Made by a program: the position numbers and the translations under genes. DNA of 63,825 nt, the filler included. It is 7 parts of 7 records of this genome, joined end to end, with 100 filler letters (N's around TTAATTAATTAA, not from the genome) between each part and the next. Parts side by side here need not be neighbours in the genome. Positions count along the whole stretch, not along the records: positions 33,536 to 42,180 come from SRR31156797_12609; positions 42,281 to 50,634 come from SRR31156797_12631; 5 more parts are not named here. One strand, given 5' to 3'. Shown here one piece after another: positions 37,961-47,117 of the stretch. Each line of letters starts with the position of its first letter. Positions within the stretch are counted from its first letter, which is position 1. Under the pieces are notes generated by a model. The model searched no databases. It worked only from the letters and a program-made list of their open reading frames with translations, and was not told where the DNA came from.

Positions 37961-37984
37961 GGGCAATGAGTTAACTCATTACCC
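37961..37984 (-). terminator. Hairpin followed by a U-rich tract on the minus strand
   Basis: GGGCAATGAG-TTAA-CTCATTACCC; minus strand continues TTTCTTTGTTTT. Confidence 0.55.
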
Positions 37985-38014
37985 AAAAAAAAGAAATTCA
38001 TGAAAGGCAAAATA

Positions 38015-38051
38015 GAAGCGGAGTTACTCACAAACTGAGCAACTCCGCTTC
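38015..38051 (-). terminator. Hairpin downstream of the 38090-38509 gene
   Basis: GAAGCGGAGTTACTCA-caaac-TGAGCAACTCCGCTTC; minus strand continues TATTTT. Confidence 0.7.
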
Positions 38052-38089
38052 AAGGTGTATATTAAGGACTGGAAAATAAAGTGTTCTTC

Positions 38090-38509
38090 TTAACTAAAAA
38101 GTCTCAGCAACGGCTTTGACTCTTTTTTAGGCCTACTTTTGTGAATGAAGTTGCCGGTAGGCATTTTGACAAACAAATTCTGGCAGGAATAACACTCCCA
38201 GTGCTTGGACCGTTCCTGAAGTCTGATCAGGACTCCGTCACGGTCATAGCAAACCTGGCAATAAGGACCAGTTTTTTCATTTTCCTCATCAATCCAATAT
38301 TTCTGTCCGTCAAACTCCATGCATTCAGCAAGGTCAAGAATTTCAGCAACCTCTTTAATCTGAGATCGCAACTCTTTATTTTCCTCATACATGTTAAGAT
38401 AGTCTTCCTGAATAATCCTCAAAAGACTTTCCGCATCGCGGTCACGCCCATCATTGAACAATTCAAGAACTTTCCTGAAGTTGGTTGCGTGAAGATTCTT
38501 TTTACTCAT
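38090..38509 (-). CDS. Hypothetical coiled-coil plus zinc-ribbon protein
   Basis: GPYCQVCYD...WECYSC; heptad-like N-terminal half. Confidence 0.75.
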   Translation of the reverse strand: MSKKNLHATNFRKVLELFNDGRDRDAESLLRIIQEDYLNMYEENKELRSQIKEVAEILDLAECMEFDGQKYWIDEENEKTGPYCQVCYDRDGVLIRLQERSKHWECYSCQNLFVKMPTGNFIHKSRPKKESKPLLRLFS

Positions 38510-38734
38510 TTTTCCGCCCTATCCTTACAGTATTATTTTAGGAACACCTGTTTACTATATCGACAACGCAGTAATTTCCTTTAGGGACAAGGGAAAAAAC
38601 TTTTTTTCATACCATTGACAGCACCATATCCGATCCATATATCAACAATGCCTGACAAGCGGAGCAGATTTTCTCCCGCTGTCGACAGCACAAAAAACAA
38701 ATAAAATATTTCTATTATATATAAGGAGATAGAC

Positions 38735-38995
38735 ATGGCGCACTCTATTGAGCAATTTAAAGCAACCCTAGATGAACATCACGAATGGCCCTGCGACTAC
38801 ACCTTTAAATTTATTGTCCCCAGTAAATCCCTGGATGAACTCAAATCCATGATTGACGGATTTCCCTACACTGAAAAAGACTCCAAAACAGGTAAATACA
38901 CCAGCGTAACCGTGATCATCCATGCCAACAGTTCCGATGTGATCTTGAATATCTACGAAAAAGCAGCAACTATTGAAGGGCTCATTTCCCTCTAA
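38735..38995 (+). CDS. DUF493/YbeD-family protein
   Basis: WPCDYTFKFIV, SKTGKYTSVT, IEGLISL; AAGGAG RBS. Confidence 0.85.
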   Translation: MAHSIEQFKATLDEHHEWPCDYTFKFIVPSKSLDELKSMIDGFPYTEKDSKTGKYTSVTVIIHANSSDVILNIYEKAATIEGLISL

Positions 38996-39261
38996 ATAAT
39001 GACGCAACTCCGGGTTGACTTCCATCACTCCTTGTTTAAAGATAACGCCGCTCATTTTTGAGCATTTTTTATTTTTCAAGTTTACGCTAGAATGGCTGTT
39101 TAATTTTCCACAACGTATTTTATTTTGTTCATATCATTACCAATAAGCTTAAATATCAGCTTTTGTTTTTGAACATCATCACTACAGTTAATGTGAGTCA
39201 ATTAAACGGCTTTTAATCAAATATCATATCCTTAAGATAGTTTCGGAGGACTTTTCCAGTC

Positions 39262-42075
39262 ATGAGCGATTATAAAAAGACCCTGTGTCTGCCCAAGACA
39301 AAATTTCCCATGAAGGCCAACCTCAAACAGCGCGAGCCTGAAATGCTCAAGCGCTGGGAGGAAACCGGGGTGTACGAAAAAATGGTTGAAGCTAACGCTG
39401 ATGCCGAACAGTACGTCCTGCACGACGGCCCCCCGTACGCCAACGGCCACATTCACATGGGTACAGCCATGAACAAGGTTCTCAAGGACATTATCGTTAA
39501 GTCCCGTAACCTGCAGGGCATGAAAGCCGAATACGTTCCCGGCTGGGACTGTCACGGCCTGCCCATTGAGCACAAGGTTGAGCAGGAACTCAAGAAAAAG
39601 AAAAAAGAACTGCCCACCACCGTTATTCGCAGACTTTGCCGCGAATACGCTGAAAAATTCGTCGGCATCCAGCGCAAGGAATTCAAACGCCTTGGAGTGC
39701 TAGGTAACTGGGAAGATCCTTACCTGACCATGAAACCCGAGTACGAGGCAGCAACTGCCCGTGAACTGGGTCGTTTCATGGAAAAGGGTTCTGTTGTACG
39801 CGGCAAGAAGCCCATCCACTGGTGCTGTGATTGCCGCACAGCCCTTGCTGAAGCGGAAGTAGAATATGAAGATCACACCTCACCTTCTATTTATGTACGC
39901 TTCCCGCTGAACGATGAAAAAGTCCTGAAAGCACTGCCTGCAGATGCTGCATCCAAAGTAGACCTGTCCCGTACCTACGTATGTATCTGGACCACAACTC
40001 CCTGGACCATCCCCGACAACATGGCTGTAGCTGTTCATCCTGAATTTGAATACGTTGTTGCCGAAGTTAACGGTGACATCTATATTCTCGCTGAAAGACT
40101 GCTGCCCGTTTGCGCCGAGTCCTTCGGCTGGGAAAGCTGGAATATTCTGGCAACCGTTGAGGGTGCCAAGCTCGAAGGCGCTGTAACCAAGCACCCCATC
40201 TACGACCGCGAATCTCCCATCGTACTGGCCGACTACGTAACTCTCGATTCCGGTACCGGTTGCGTTCACACTGCTCCCGGTCATGGTCGCGAAGACTTTG
40301 AAACCGGTCTCAAGTACGGCCTCGAAGTTTACTCCCCCATGAACAACAGCGGTGTGTTCCTCAAGGAAGTAGAATTCTTCGCCGGCATGAATGTTTGGGA
40401 AGCGAACCCCAAGGTCATCGAAAAACTTCAAGAAGTGGGCAACCTGCTGGCACAGGAAAAAATATCCCACTCTTACCCCCACTGCTGGCGCTGTAAAAAA
40501 CCGGTTATCTTCCGCGCAACCACCCAGTGGTTTATCGGTATGGAAGAAAACGACCTGCGTGCCAAAGCCCTCAAGGCTATCAAAGATGATGTTGAGTGGA
40601 TTCCCGCATGGGGAGAAAAACGCATCTACAGTATGGTTGAAAACCGCCCTGACTGGTGTATCTCCCGTCAGCGTAACTGGGGTGTGCCCATCATCGCTCT
40701 GATTTGTGAAGATTGCGACGAAGTATACAACGAATCAGAATGGGTTTTCTCCGTAGTAGACGAATTTGAAAAGCACGAACGCGGTTGTGACTACTGGTTC
40801 GAAAAATCAGTTGAAGAAATCGCCCCCGAAGGCCTCAAATGCCCCAAATGCGGCGGCAACCACTGGGCCAAGGAAGACGACATCCTCGACGTATGGTTCG
40901 ATTCCGGCACCAGTTACGCAGCTGTAGTTGAAAAACGCAAGGAACACCGCTTCCCAGCGGATCTGTACCTCGAGGGTTCCGACCAGCATCGAGGCTGGTT
41001 CCACAGCTCCCTGCTCGCTTCCGTAGGTACCCGCGACGTGCCTCCCTACAAAACCGTACTTACTCACGGTTACGTAGTTGATAAAAACGGTCGCAAGATG
41101 TCCAAGTCCATCGGTAACGTCATGGCACCACAGGAAATCATCGACCAACACGGTGCAGAAATCCTGCGTATGTGGGTTTCCGCTGTTAACTATCAGGAAG
41201 ACGTGCGTATCTCAGACGAAATCCTGAGCCGCATGGTCGATACCTACCGCCGAGTGCGTAACACCTGTCGTTACATTCTCGGTAACCTGAACGGTTTCAA
41301 TCCCGAGACTGACGCAGTTGCACCCGCGGAAATGCTGCCCGTAGACCATTTCGCACTTGATCTGGTGAGCCGCCAGCACGAGGTTATTCAGCAGGCCTAC
41401 GCAAACTTTGAATTTCACAAAGTTTACCACACCCTGCACAACCTCTGCACCACCGAGCTTTCCGCTTTCTACCTTGATATCATAAAGGACAGACTCTACG
41501 TGTCCGGCGAGAAGAGCTTAGAGCGTCGCTCCGCACAGACCGTACTCTGGCAGACCATGCTCATGCTGCTCAAAGATATGGCACCTGTTCTTTCCTTCAC
41601 CGCAGAAGAAGCATATTCCCACATGCCCGAAGAAATGAAAGGATCTGCCGAAACTGTCTTTGCTATCCGTCCCGAACTGCTCAAAGCAGAAATCGACGAC
41701 GCCGAGCGCAAAAGATGGGAACTGCTCATGGAAGTTCGTACCGAAGTCACCAAGGCAATCGAACCGCTGCGCCGCGAAAAGGTAATCGGTCATTCTCTCG
41801 ATACCAAAATCACCCTCTTCGCTAACGAAGACATTGCCAAAGCTCTCGAAGGCATCGAGCGTCGTGAATTCTTCATCGTCTCCGGTGTTGAAATCAAGCC
41901 GCTGGCCGAAGCATCCGACGATGCAGTCAAACCTGAGGAACTCGAAGGACTGGCAATTAAAGTCGAAAAAGCGCAAGGTGAAAAATGCAGCCGTTGCTGG
42001 AGATATGATACTCTCGGCAGCAATGCTGAACACCCGGAACTCTGTCCGCGCTGCGCAGCAGTACTGGTCGGTTAG
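39262..42075 (+). CDS. ileS: Isoleucine--tRNA ligase (type 1)
   Basis: [40 protein letters not shown]-terminal CSRC/CPRC zinc finger. Confidence 0.98.
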   Translation: MSDYKKTLCLPKTKFPMKANLKQREPEMLKRWEETGVYEKMVEANADAEQYVLHDGPPYANGHIHMGTAMNKVLKDIIVKSRNLQGMKAEYVPGWDCHGLPIEHKVEQELKKKKKELPTTVIRRLCREYAEKFVGIQRKEFKRLGVLGNWEDPYLTMKPEYEAATARELGRFMEKGSVVRGKKPIHWCCDCRTALAEAEVEYEDHTSPSIYVRFPLNDEKVLKALPADAASKVDLSRTYVCIWTTTPWTIPDNMAVAVHPEFEYVVAEVNGDIYILAERLLPVCAESFGWESWNILATVEGAKLEGAVTKHPIYDRESPIVLADYVTLDSGTGCVHTAPGHGREDFETGLKYGLEVYSPMNNSGVFLKEVEFFAGMNVWEANPKVIEKLQEVGNLLAQEKISHSYPHCWRCKKPVIFRATTQWFIGMEENDLRAKALKAIKDDVEWIPAWGEKRIYSMVENRPDWCISRQRNWGVPIIALICEDCDEVYNESEWVFSVVDEFEKHERGCDYWFEKSVEEIAPEGLKCPKCGGNHWAKEDDILDVWFDSGTSYAAVVEKRKEHRFPADLYLEGSDQHRGWFHSSLLASVGTRDVPPYKTVLTHGYVVDKNGRKMSKSIGNVMAPQEIIDQHGAEILRMWVSAVNYQEDVRISDEILSRMVDTYRRVRNTCRYILGNLNGFNPETDAVAPAEMLPVDHFALDLVSRQHEVIQQAYANFEFHKVYHTLHNLCTTELSAFYLDIIKDRLYVSGEKSLERRSAQTVLWQTMLMLLKDMAPVLSFTAEEAYSHMPEEMKGSAETVFAIRPELLKAEIDDAERKRWELLMEVRTEVTKAIEPLRREKVIGHSLDTKITLFANEDIAKALEGIERREFFIVSGVEIKPLAEASDDAVKPEELEGLAIKVEKAQGEKCSRCWRYDTLGSNAEHPELCPRCAAVLVG

Positions 42076-42103
42076 TTTTTCGCTCTTTGCAAATCAAATA
42101 AGT

Positions 42104-42142
42104 AAATGCCCCCGCCCTTCTCGAAAGGACGGGGGCATTTTT
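42104..42142 (+). terminator. Intrinsic terminator after ileS
   Basis: AAATGCCCCCGCCCTT-ctcga-AAGGACGGGGGCATTTTT. Confidence 0.85.
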
Positions 42143-42180
42143 GAAAGAATGATGCCTCCGGCGGGGGGGGGGGGGGGGGG

Positions 42181-42280
42181 NNNNNNNNNNNNNNNNNNNN
42201 NNNNNNNNNNNNNNNNNNNNNNNNTTAATTAATTAANNNNNNNNNNNNNNNNNNNNNNNNNNNNNNNNNNNNNNNNNNNN
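42181..42280. other. Artificial contig spacer
   Basis: N-run/TTAATTAATTAA/N-run. Confidence 0.98.
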
Positions 42281-42423
42281 ACTTCATGAACTTCATGTCC
42301 TTCATGGTGGCTAAAAATAACCACCCGGAGGGCTGACGGTTTTTATATAAAAGGTGCAGAACGACAACTGCCCTGGCGGACAGTAGTTGAATTTCAACCA
42401 CGAAGAACAGGAAGGACATGAAG
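42281..42423. repeat. Inverted pair of 9-nt-periodic repeats enclosing an internal hairpin (REP/MITE-like)
   Basis: CTTCATGAA CTTCATGTC CTTCATGGT ... ACCACGAAG AACAGGAAG GACATGAAG; internal ACTGCCCTGGCGGACAGT hairpin. Confidence 0.6.
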
Positions 42424-42464
42424 GTGGAAATGTCGATCAGAGATAGTGAGGATTCAGGATGGGA

Positions 42465-42504
42465 TTGCTACCGGGGGAAGAGAACGATCTTCCCCCGGTA
42501 GCAA
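42465..42504 (-). terminator. Strong hairpin downstream of glpX
   Basis: TTGCTACCGGGGGAAGA-gaacga-TCTTCCCCCGGTAGCAA perfect 17-bp stem. Confidence 0.75.
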
Positions 42505-42533
42505 AACAGGTCACCCGGACAGGGTGGAAAGGA

Positions 42534-43520
42534 TCAGGAATCGTACTTTACGGAGCTGAAGTTCATCAGCTTGTCCCAGTTGTGCCTGGACTCGATGAAG
42601 CGAACGGTGCCGGTCTTTCCGCGCATGCACATGGAATGGGTGACGGCGCCGCTTCCCGTATAATGAACGCCGGGAATAAAGGTCCCGCCGGAGATGCCGG
42701 TGGCGGCAAAATAGACATCATCGCTCTTGACCAGGGAGTCCACCGTATGGGTCTGCTTAAGATCCAGGCCAAACTCCAGGACCGCCTTTTTCTCCGCTTC
42801 CAGCTGGGGATCAAACTTGGAGAGCATCTCACCGCCAAGGGCCTTGATGGCGCAGGCCGCAAGCACGCCCTCGGGGGTTCCGCCGGTGCCCATCATCAGG
42901 TCCACTTCGCAATCGGGATTCACCGCCATGAGGGCGCCGGCCACGTCCCCGTCCGTGTGCAGCTGGATCCGGGCCCCGGCGTCCCGGATATCCTTGATCA
43001 ACCCCTGGTGACGGGGCTTATCCAGAACAAAGACCACAAGATCGGTCACATCCTTGAACAGGGCCTTCGCAACCTTCGCGAGGTTGTCCCCGACCGGTGC
43101 ATCCAGGTCGACCACCCCTTTTGCGGGGGCCGGCACCACCAGTTTTTTCATGTAATAGCTGGGACCGGGATCGAGCATGGCGCCGGCCGGGGCCGCACTG
43201 ACCACGGCAATGGCATTGGGCCGGCCCGTGGCCAGCAGGTTGGTCCCTTCGACAGGGTCCACGGCGATGTCCACCTTGAGGCCCTTGCCGCTTCCCAGCT
43301 TCTCTCCGTTGTAGAGCATGGGAGCGTTGTCCTTCTCCCCCTCGCCGATGATGACGGTTCCGTCGATATCAAGTGCCTTGAACGATACGCGCATGGCCTC
43401 AACCGCTGCCTGGTCGCCGCTCTCCTTGTCCCCCTTGCCAAGCCACCGGGCCGACGAGAGCGCTGCGGCTTCCGTGGTTCGAACAAGGTCAAGGGCAAGA
43501 TTTCTCTGTGGTGCTTCCAT
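42534..43520 (-). CDS. glpX: Class II fructose-1,6-bisphosphatase
   Basis: RTTEAAA, IGEGEKDNAPML, DPVEGT, DGDV, GTPEGV, ATGIS; ATG 43520 follows AAGGAG. Confidence 0.95.
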   Translation of the reverse strand: MEAPQRNLALDLVRTTEAAALSSARWLGKGDKESGDQAAVEAMRVSFKALDIDGTVIIGEGEKDNAPMLYNGEKLGSGKGLKVDIAVDPVEGTNLLATGRPNAIAVVSAAPAGAMLDPGPSYYMKKLVVPAPAKGVVDLDAPVGDNLAKVAKALFKDVTDLVVFVLDKPRHQGLIKDIRDAGARIQLHTDGDVAGALMAVNPDCEVDLMMGTGGTPEGVLAACAIKALGGEMLSKFDPQLEAEKKAVLEFGLDLKQTHTVDSLVKSDDVYFAATGISGGTFIPGVHYTGSGAVTHSMCMRGKTGTVRFIESRHNWDKLMNFSSVKYDS

Positions 43521-43624
43521 TATTATCTCCTTAAATTTCATGGATGATCAAATCATTGAATTCACGCCATGAATATCACTTTTCGACGCACCTGGAAACA
43601 GGGTTTTTCATGCCCCCGGAAATT

Positions 43625-44020
43625 TTACCCCCGCAGCAGGACAGCCATGGCATGTGCCAGGGTATAGCGTCCCCGCCGGGAGCCCCGGGGGATGCCGGGA
43701 ATGGCAGTACAGCCGGGTGCTGAGGCGCTGCCGTGACTGCAGGCCCGGCCGCCGGGGGAAACGCTGCCGTTATTGGCAGCGCTGCCTGAACACAGTGGGG
43801 AAGGCGTGACGGCCGTGGCCCCTTCAAGGGAGTGTTGCCCGGACGTTTCGAACCGCCTTGCCATCATCACCGAGGCCCCGTAAAAAAGGGCAAGCCCGCC
43901 CAGGTTACTCCAGGGCATGTAAGGATTGTCACTGCCGGCCAGAAGAAGACCCGTTACCCATAGGATGCCCGCCACCATCAGCATCAGCTGCTCTTGAACC
44001 GTTTTCTTTTTCCGTTGCAT
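43625..44020 (-). CDS. Small membrane hypothetical protein
   Basis: Two TM helices around LAGSDNPYMPW; ATG 44020 follows AGGAG. Confidence 0.6.
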   Translation of the reverse strand: MQRKKKTVQEQLMLMVAGILWVTGLLLAGSDNPYMPWSNLGGLALFYGASVMMARRFETSGQHSLEGATAVTPSPLCSGSAANNGSVSPGGRACSHGSASAPGCTAIPGIPRGSRRGRYTLAHAMAVLLRG

Positions 44021-44052
44021 TGCGCATCTCCTGTTGTAATTTTTTAACCCAA

Positions 44053-44070
44053 TGATGAAAAAACTAAACA
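44053..44070. promoter_or_regulatory. Candidate operator, copy 1
   Basis: TGATGAAAAAACTAAACA upstream of the membrane protein gene; matches copy 2 at 15 of 18 positions. Confidence 0.5.
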
Positions 44071-44102
44071 ACGTCTGTAAATTTTTTTGGCCACGCCCAG
44101 CA

Positions 44103-44750
44103 CTACCTGTACTCCCTGCAGCTCCACACCACCTTGCCGATGATCCTCACCCGCTCCATCTCGTCCGTCTGGAGATAGATGGGGCTGTAATCCCGGTTGT
44201 CACTGCACAACACCAGTTTATTGGGATGCTTCTCGATCCGCTTCACAAGGATCGTCTCTTCCACACCAACGGCATAGATCGCACCGGCAAGGATATCGGT
44301 CTGGGACTGGTCGACCAACACGGTGTCCCCCTCCCTGAGTTCCGGCTCCATGCTGTTGCCAAACACCTCCATGGCCACCATGGAATTCGCGGCGCCCTTG
44401 GTTGACAGCCACTTTGACTGGAACGAGAGATAACCGGTCACATCCGACAGGGTATCAAAGGAGCCGCTGCCGGCCGAGAGCCGGGCCATGACCTTGGGAA
44501 CCTTCCTGAATTCCATGTCCTGGCTGCTCTCCTGCTCGAGGAACACACGGCCCACCCCGCTCTCTATCCATACGGGATTGAGACCGAATTTTCGATAGAG
44601 TTTAACGATCCACTTATCGGGAATCATATTTTTCTTTCGTGCATGGGTGATACCGGAACGGTTGATGCCAAGGGCATCGGCAAGCTCGGTCTGGGAGCTT
44701 ATGCCCGTCACTTCAAGAATTCTCTGTATCAAACCGTCAATCTTGTTCAT
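44103..44750 (-). CDS. CI/LexA-like repressor (HTH plus S24 peptidase)
   Basis: SQTELADALGINRSGIT HTH; SAGSG cleavage region; GNSMEP (Ser) and LVKR (Lys). Confidence 0.9.
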   Translation of the reverse strand: MNKIDGLIQRILEVTGISSQTELADALGINRSGITHARKKNMIPDKWIVKLYRKFGLNPVWIESGVGRVFLEQESSQDMEFRKVPKVMARLSAGSGSFDTLSDVTGYLSFQSKWLSTKGAANSMVAMEVFGNSMEPELREGDTVLVDQSQTDILAGAIYAVGVEETILVKRIEKHPNKLVLCSDNRDYSPIYLQTDEMERVRIIGKVVWSCREYR

Positions 44751-44795
44751 CTCCGACTCCTTTATGGGTTACACTGTTTTATTTTCTCCCACACC

Positions 44796-44813
44796 TGATG
44801 AAAAAATGCAACA
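44796..44813. promoter_or_regulatory. Candidate operator, copy 2
   Basis: TGATGAAAAAATGCAACA (TGWTG-N8-CAWCA dyad) upstream of the repressor gene. Confidence 0.5.
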
Positions 44814-44845
44814 TCTTTTTTTTGACTTTTTAGAAACACTCAGGT

Positions 44846-45556
44846 ATGAAAATAACTATGTTTGGAAAAAAGAAAAAAAAGGAAGCCAAGGCAGACAGCG
44901 CCCCTGAACCGAATAAAAATGCCAGGGGAAAAAAGACGGCAACGGACGACGTCCCGGCGGCAACGGCAAAACCGAAAAAGAAGTCCCGGTCCCCCGTGAA
45001 AAAAGCCTTTCTTATCCTAACCCTGCTCGCGGTCCTGGCCTCGGCCGGATTTGCCGGCTACAGCCTCTTTCTTAAAGAGGAGACCGGCAGGACCTATACT
45101 GCCCGGGACCTGCCCCATGTCACCCTGCCCCAGGAGATGATCAAATTCAGCTTTGATAAACTGCCCGACCTCTATGACGCCCTGGTGCTGTTCAACGGGG
45201 AGATCACCCTTCTGGACGGGGAGATCCAGCGGATAGAGGCCATCGGCGCCACCTATCCGGACCAGTCGGCGATTGCGAACAAGGAAAAGAAGGTCTGGCA
45301 GGATGCAAGGAAAAAATGCGTTCAAAGCTATGACAAGATCGAGAAAAGCGTCAAGGCCCTCTATGTCACCTTCCAGGTCAACCCGGCTTCGGGACAGGCC
45401 AGAATGGATGCGGAAAAGGCGGAACTCGCCGCCAGCGCCAACAAGGCCCTGGAACCTGTGATCGCGCTTACGGACCGGATCAAACAGACCCAGGAGAAGG
45501 TTCCCCAGGGACTGGTCAAGGGCACCCTCCACAAGCTCAAGAAAAAATTCATGTAA
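44846..45556 (+). CDS. Single-TM coiled-coil hypothetical protein (start may be ATG 44858)
   Basis: Lys-rich N-terminus, one TM, helical C-terminus. Confidence 0.75.
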   Translation: MKITMFGKKKKKEAKADSAPEPNKNARGKKTATDDVPAATAKPKKKSRSPVKKAFLILTLLAVLASAGFAGYSLFLKEETGRTYTARDLPHVTLPQEMIKFSFDKLPDLYDALVLFNGEITLLDGEIQRIEAIGATYPDQSAIANKEKKVWQDARKKCVQSYDKIEKSVKALYVTFQVNPASGQARMDAEKAELAASANKALEPVIALTDRIKQTQEKVPQGLVKGTLHKLKKKFM

Positions 45557-45630
45557 CCCGACGGGGCCAGACGAATAAGCGATAAACGGAATCACGGCCA
45601 CAGACACACGGGGCCTGCTTCCAAAACAGA

Positions 45631-45705
45631 CGGGGTCAGGCTTTTCTTATTGCCTCAACTTCATGACCTACGAACAAAATCGCCAATAAGGAAAGCCTGA
45701 CCCCG
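45631..45705. repeat. 22-bp inverted repeat with a 31-nt spacer between convergent genes (REP-like or terminator)
   Basis: CGGGGTCAGGCTTTTCTTATTG ... CAATAAGGAAAGCCTGACCCCG, one mismatch. Confidence 0.75.
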
Positions 45706-45719
45706 CTTGCTTGCCCCTG

Positions 45720-47117
45720 CTATACCTGCCGGAGCCGCTCCGTAATCCGGCTCACCATGGCGCTTCGGGCCTCATCCCGCCGCTTGCCCCCTCCGGCCAT
45801 GGTTTTCTTGAAAAAATCACTACAGATCTTTTTGGTCTCTTTGTCCCAGGCGTGTATCACCCCCGAGCCCTTTGGCTCCCCCTTGTCATGGTCATTGTAA
45901 TCCCTGCGGCCGTGGGCCCAGTTGATCACCGAAGAGTAGAAGAGAAAGGCCCTGTCCAGGAGAACATACATGAACTGGGCATCCGGGGCCGGCCGGATAA
46001 TGATCTGATCCTTGCCAAGCCGGATCCCCTTCAGCTTGAGCCCCGCAATGCGGCTGCCCCCCAGGATGGCGGCGGCGGCACCGGCCACCCCGCCCAGGGT
46101 GGAAAAGATACCAAAGGTCAGCCCGGCGGCCGCCGTGTCCACGATGGCCCCGGCCCCGGCCCCGGCAACACCGGCAGCCACGGCCACCTCCTTCGGGCTG
46201 AGACCGAGGAACTTCCAGGTGGTTTCACTGAAAAGGTCTTCGTTGAGGAGGGAGTTCCGGGGCAGCTCCACATTGAAAATATTATGCTTGAACAGCTTCC
46301 GGATGTCGGCATGGGCCTTTTGTTCGATCCGTTTCACCTTGTTGAGAAACTTCTTTTCCAGTTCACCCCTGAGGGCTTTGGGGTCCGTCCCCTCCCCAAG
46401 GGTTCCCTCGATTGTGGCGCCCAGGATCTCCTCGACCATGGAGACAATGATCAGGGAGGTAAGCGCCATGCGGTGGTCCCAGTCCCGCTTAAATGCATGG
46501 ATCACCCGCGTAAGGGCCTCCTGCCAGTCCTGGTCCACGCTCTTCAGGCACTCCAGGAGCTCGATCCGTTCCCTGTAGGTGGCCCGGTGGGCATTAAACT
46601 CCCGAATGCTGTTGAAGCTGCGGCGGAACTCGTTCTTCCAGGCGTCCAGATAGAGGGTGTCCTCCTGCTTGCAGTTGATGATGGACATGCGGGGACGGCC
46701 GGTGAGCCTCAGGATCTCCATTTCCGCCCTGTCATCCCCCCTCACGGGCCGCGAGCCGTCAACCACATAGATGATGCCGGCGCCCCGGGCCACCGGGCCC
46801 AGGAGCTCACACTCGTCCCGGAAGGACGAATCGTCCCTGTGGGCCTCGATAAAGGCGTCCACCATCCGGTCCTGGGGACCTTTGTAGTTCTCGAACCACA
46901 GAAGGGTCTGTTTCGGTTTCTGGAATCCCGGGGTGTCGGTGAACCGGATCACTTCGGCCTTATCTATGGTCACGGGAAAGGTCTGACAATGGACCGTCTC
47001 CCCGGGATAGGGGCCGATCCTGACGCTGTCGTTTTCCGCCAGGGTCGATACCACCGAGGATTTTCCCTCGTTGGGATGGCCCAGGATGGCAAATTCGGGA
47101 ACTTCTTTTACACTCAT
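45720..47117 (-). CDS. GTPase with DUF3482
   Basis: GHPNEGKSS (G1), DTPGF (G3), EMEILRLTGRP, Gly/Ala-rich hydrophobic hairpin. Confidence 0.85.
   Translation of the reverse strand: MSVKEVPEFAILGHPNEGKSSVVSTLAENDSVRIGPYPGETVHCQTFPVTIDKAEVIRFTDTPGFQKPKQTLLWFENYKGPQDRMVDAFIEAHRDDSSFRDECELLGPVARGAGIIYVVDGSRPVRGDDRAEMEILRLTGRPRMSIINCKQEDTLYLDAWKNEFRRSFNSIREFNAHRATYRERIELLECLKSVDQDWQEALTRVIHAFKRDWDHRMALTSLIIVSMVEEILGATIEGTLGEGTDPKALRGELEKKFLNKVKRIEQKAHADIRKLFKHNIFNVELPRNSLLNEDLFSETTWKFLGLSPKEVAVAAGVAGAGAGAIVDTAAAGLTFGIFSTLGGVAGAAAAILGGSRIAGLKLKGIRLGKDQIIIRPAPDAQFMYVLLDRAFLFYSSVINWAHGRRDYNDHDKGEPKGSGVIHAWDKETKKICSDFFKKTMAGGGKRRDEARSAMVSRITERLRQV

Noticed and set aside
42163-42180. Poly-G run at the contig end
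   Set aside because: Most likely a sequencing or assembly artefact at the break, not a G-quadruplex or phase-variable tract.
42281-42423. CRISPR array
   Set aside because: Units are 9 nt, adjacent and inverted, with no unique spacers and no cas genes.
42459-43547. 362-aa plus-strand ORF
   Set aside because: Antisense shadow of glpX.
44103-44750. Prophage marked by the CI-like repressor
   Set aside because: No integrase, cro, replication or structural genes on the contig.
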